Made by a program: the position numbers and the translations under genes. Positions 61,401 through 64,000 of a DNA stretch of 64,000 nt are shown here, piece after piece. The first letter of the stretch is position 1. Every line of letters begins with the position of its first letter. This DNA comes from Macrostomum hystrix (lineage: Eukaryota > Animalia > Platyhelminthes): NCBI GenBank assembly GCA_950097015.1, contig CATNEN010000039.1, forward strand, positions 8,060,001 through 8,124,000. Reading direction: 5' to 3'. Under the pieces are notes generated by a model. The model worked only from the letters and a program-made list of their open reading frames with translations. It had not been told where the DNA came from and did no database searches.

Positions 61401-62251
61401 AATTGAAATTTGGTCTATTTTATTATTTGATGGATATTATTGGACGACTGACTGGATAGAAGTGGTTGGAAAGACGGCTGTGATTGGACGGAAGTTTTTA
61501 GACGGCTATGATTGGACGAGATTAAATGGCAGTGGTGGGATGGCAGTGATTGGATGGCAGTGATTAGATGGCAGTGATTGAATGGCAGTGGTGGGATGGC
61601 AGTGATTGGATGGCAGTGATTGAATGGCAGTGATTGGATGGCAGTGATTGGATGGCAGTGATTGGATGGCAGTGATTGGATGGCAGTGATTGGATGGCAG
61701 TGATTGAATGGCAGTGGTGGGATGGCAGTGATTGGATGGCAGTGATTGGATGGCAGTGATTGAATGGCAGTGGTGGGATGGCAGTGATTGGATGGCAGTG
61801 ATTGGATGGCAGTGATTGGATGGCAGTGATTGGATGGCAGTGATTGGATGGCAGTGATTGGATGGCAGTGATTGGATGGCAGTGATTGAATGGCAGTGAT
61901 TGGATGGCAGTGATTGGATGGCAGTGATTGGATGGCAGTGATTGGATGGCAGTGATTGGATGGCAGTGATTGGATGGCAGTGATTGGATGGCAGTGATTG
62001 GATGGCAGTGATTGGATGGCAGTGATTGGATGGCAGTGATTGGATGGCAGTGATTGAATGGCAGTGATTGGATGGCAGTGATTGGATGGCAGTGATTGGA
62101 TGGCAGTGATTGGATGGCAGTGATTGTATGGCAGTGATTGGATGGCAGTGATTGGATGGCAGTGATGGTATAATCAGGTTCAGCAATGCAGAGTTTACTT
62201 ACTAACAAACACGCAGGCCTCCATAGTGAGAAGTGGATTAAAATCGTTCAT
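58416..62251 (-). CDS. PH-domain protein with a PPxY motif and a long acidic tail (PLEKHB/evectin-like); exons 62251-62203, 61383-61268, 61175-61009, 60306-59829, 59237-58416
   Basis: SKWKDVCLVLMPDSTLGWY...GSVKL...HWFCF...KFLQAL (PH-like), PPPTYDEV and GGLLATGLLLG..WSWGYGW. Splice phases are consistent. Confidence 0.72.
59420..59805 (+). mobile_element. SINE family B (59420-59590) followed by a deleted family A copy (59655-59805)
   Basis: GGGGTTCGATTCTC B-box and CACCCAGCTGTTATAATGGGTACC, then a GAGTGGCCGAGCGGT head. Confidence 0.72.
60340..60990. repeat. ~46-bp tandem repeat rich in CAGGTGA
   Basis: Visible intronic array. Confidence 0.93.
61520..62168. repeat. 15-bp minisatellite GATGGCAGTGATTG(G)
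   Basis: Visible intronic array. Confidence 0.97.
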
Positions 62252-62499
62252 GACTGCCTGCAGTTTTTGCTTTGTTGACGAGAACAGCAAATAATGCTTT
62301 TCGATGCAATCGATGATAATGCTGAAATGTATGAAGTTCATTGTTTCAATGCAATAAAATTATTCTTCTAATAATTCTTCATTAACGGTTTAATTCTAAT
62401 TGCTGACAACGAGAATCCAATGCCCTATATGACTACATGGCCAATTACGAGCAGAATTTCTACGATTATTAACGAAGCTATACGAGTAAATACCTTTAC

Positions 62500-63260
62500 T
62501 AGTACTAGTAGTACTGCTACTACTAGTACTTTTAATACAAATACTACCTCCGCTACTACTTCTAATAATACTATTACGACTACAAGTACTGCTACTACTT
62601 CTTCTACTACTACTAGTACCACTACAACTACTACTTCTAATACTACTACTACTACTACGAGTACTACTACTTCTAATACTACTACTACTACAAGTACTAC
62701 TACTACTTCTAATACTACTACTAGTACCACTACAACTACTGCTTCTATTACTACTACAACTACTACAAGTACTACTCTATACTTCTAATACTACTACTAC
62801 TACAAGTACTGCTACTACTTCTAATAGTACTACTACTACAAGTACTGCTACTACTTCTAATAGTACTACTACTACAAGTACTGCTACTACTTCTAATACT
62901 ACTACTACTACAAGTACTGCTACTACTTCTACTACAACTACTAGTACTACTACGACTACTACTTCTAATACTACTACTAGTACTACTACGACTACTACTT
63001 CTAATACTACTACTACTACTACGAGTACTACTACTTCTAATACTACTACTAGTACCACTACAACTACTGCTTCTAATACTACTACAACTACTACAAGTAC
63101 TACTCTATACTTCTAATACTACTACTACTACAAGTACTGCTACTACTTCTAATACTACTTCTAATAATACTTCTAATACTACTTCTAATACTACAAGTAT
63201 AATACAATACTACTATACAATACTACTACTACAAGTACTACTACTACTTCGAATACTACT
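62500..63260. repeat. Degenerate (ACT)n microsatellite
   Basis: Visible array; source of the poly-Thr and poly-Val ORFs. Confidence 0.95.
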
Positions 63261-64000
63261 ATCACTGTTACTACTACTGTAAACAACCACAATTGCAAAT
63301 ACAACAACTGCTACTTACTTACACTACATACTACTCAGAAAAAAGCATTAATGAAAGCAGAAAGACATAGCAAGCCAGCACTATCAGTAACTGACAGCAA
63401 ACAAGAATTAGCAATAAGTAAAATTAAAATTGTAATATAAGCATAGCAAATGGCGGCTCAGGTTATTATTATTATTTCTTACTGAAAGATGCGTTTTAAA
63501 CATGCACTCGCAGTCAATCAATATAAAATCGCATTCAGATCTTGCATTACGTAGTTTTTTATTTAAAACAAAAACTTTCATTGACTTCAATTTATTAATA
63601 AAATGCCCCAGCCAGAAATAAAGGTAAAACGAATCGAAGAAGAACGAATACTACTTTGGACAGAAAAAAACACAAACACATATTTTCTTCGACTAAAAGG
63701 ACTGCGTATAATCCATGATTAGTAATCCAAAAACCATCATCAATATGGTCGAAGCGGCTAGGGTGCATCTACACTAAAGCTTTTAATTCAGGCGAAACTG
63801 ACTCACGGTCGATAAGACAGAACGGAGCAATCGCTGCTCATTTCTTTCGCGAGGAAAAATGCTACGGACGCGGCAAAAGCAGAAAGATACATGTGCGCAC
63901 TAAATCAATGGTTGCAGCAGGTAAAAATTTGTGTGAAGTCGCTGCGAAATCTTAGTATTAGGCATTTTTGGGCAGCTGAATTCATGCCATTGTGTCGAGT

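Overview
Eukaryotic, intron-rich, repeat-laden genomic DNA. It is most likely a macrostomid flatworm such as Macrostomum (inference from a GYHFFRL/GnRH-like prohormone, GC-rich poly-Q exons and dense intronic minisatellites). Spliced genes reconstructed by hand from GT/AG sites and reading frame: the 3' part of a C14orf93-like gene, a GnRH/corazonin-like prohormone, a divergent Polo-like kinase, LRRC42, PDCD5, YOD1/OTU1, XPG/ERCC5, a PLEKHM1-like gene and a PH-domain/PPxY gene. Intronless ORFs: a DUF985 cupin and a class A GPCR. Also present are two SINE families, an internally deleted LINE and about 20 tandem arrays. The main discovery is at 1.15-6.9 kb and is not resolved by the ORF track: a Dscam-like cluster of nine mutually exclusive cassette exons (eight of exactly 86 nt, one of 95 nt) that diversifies one aromatic/basic helix of the C14orf93-like protein. 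The cluster has a single intronic docking site (1494-1521) complementary to selector sequences ~65-85 nt upstream of most cassettes, and a multi-hairpin structure that would bring the upstream 5' splice site next to the docking site. A second notable signal is a 9-nt microexon that would rewrite the mature GnRH-like peptide. All gene models and RNA pairings were derived by eye and need RNA-seq confirmation.
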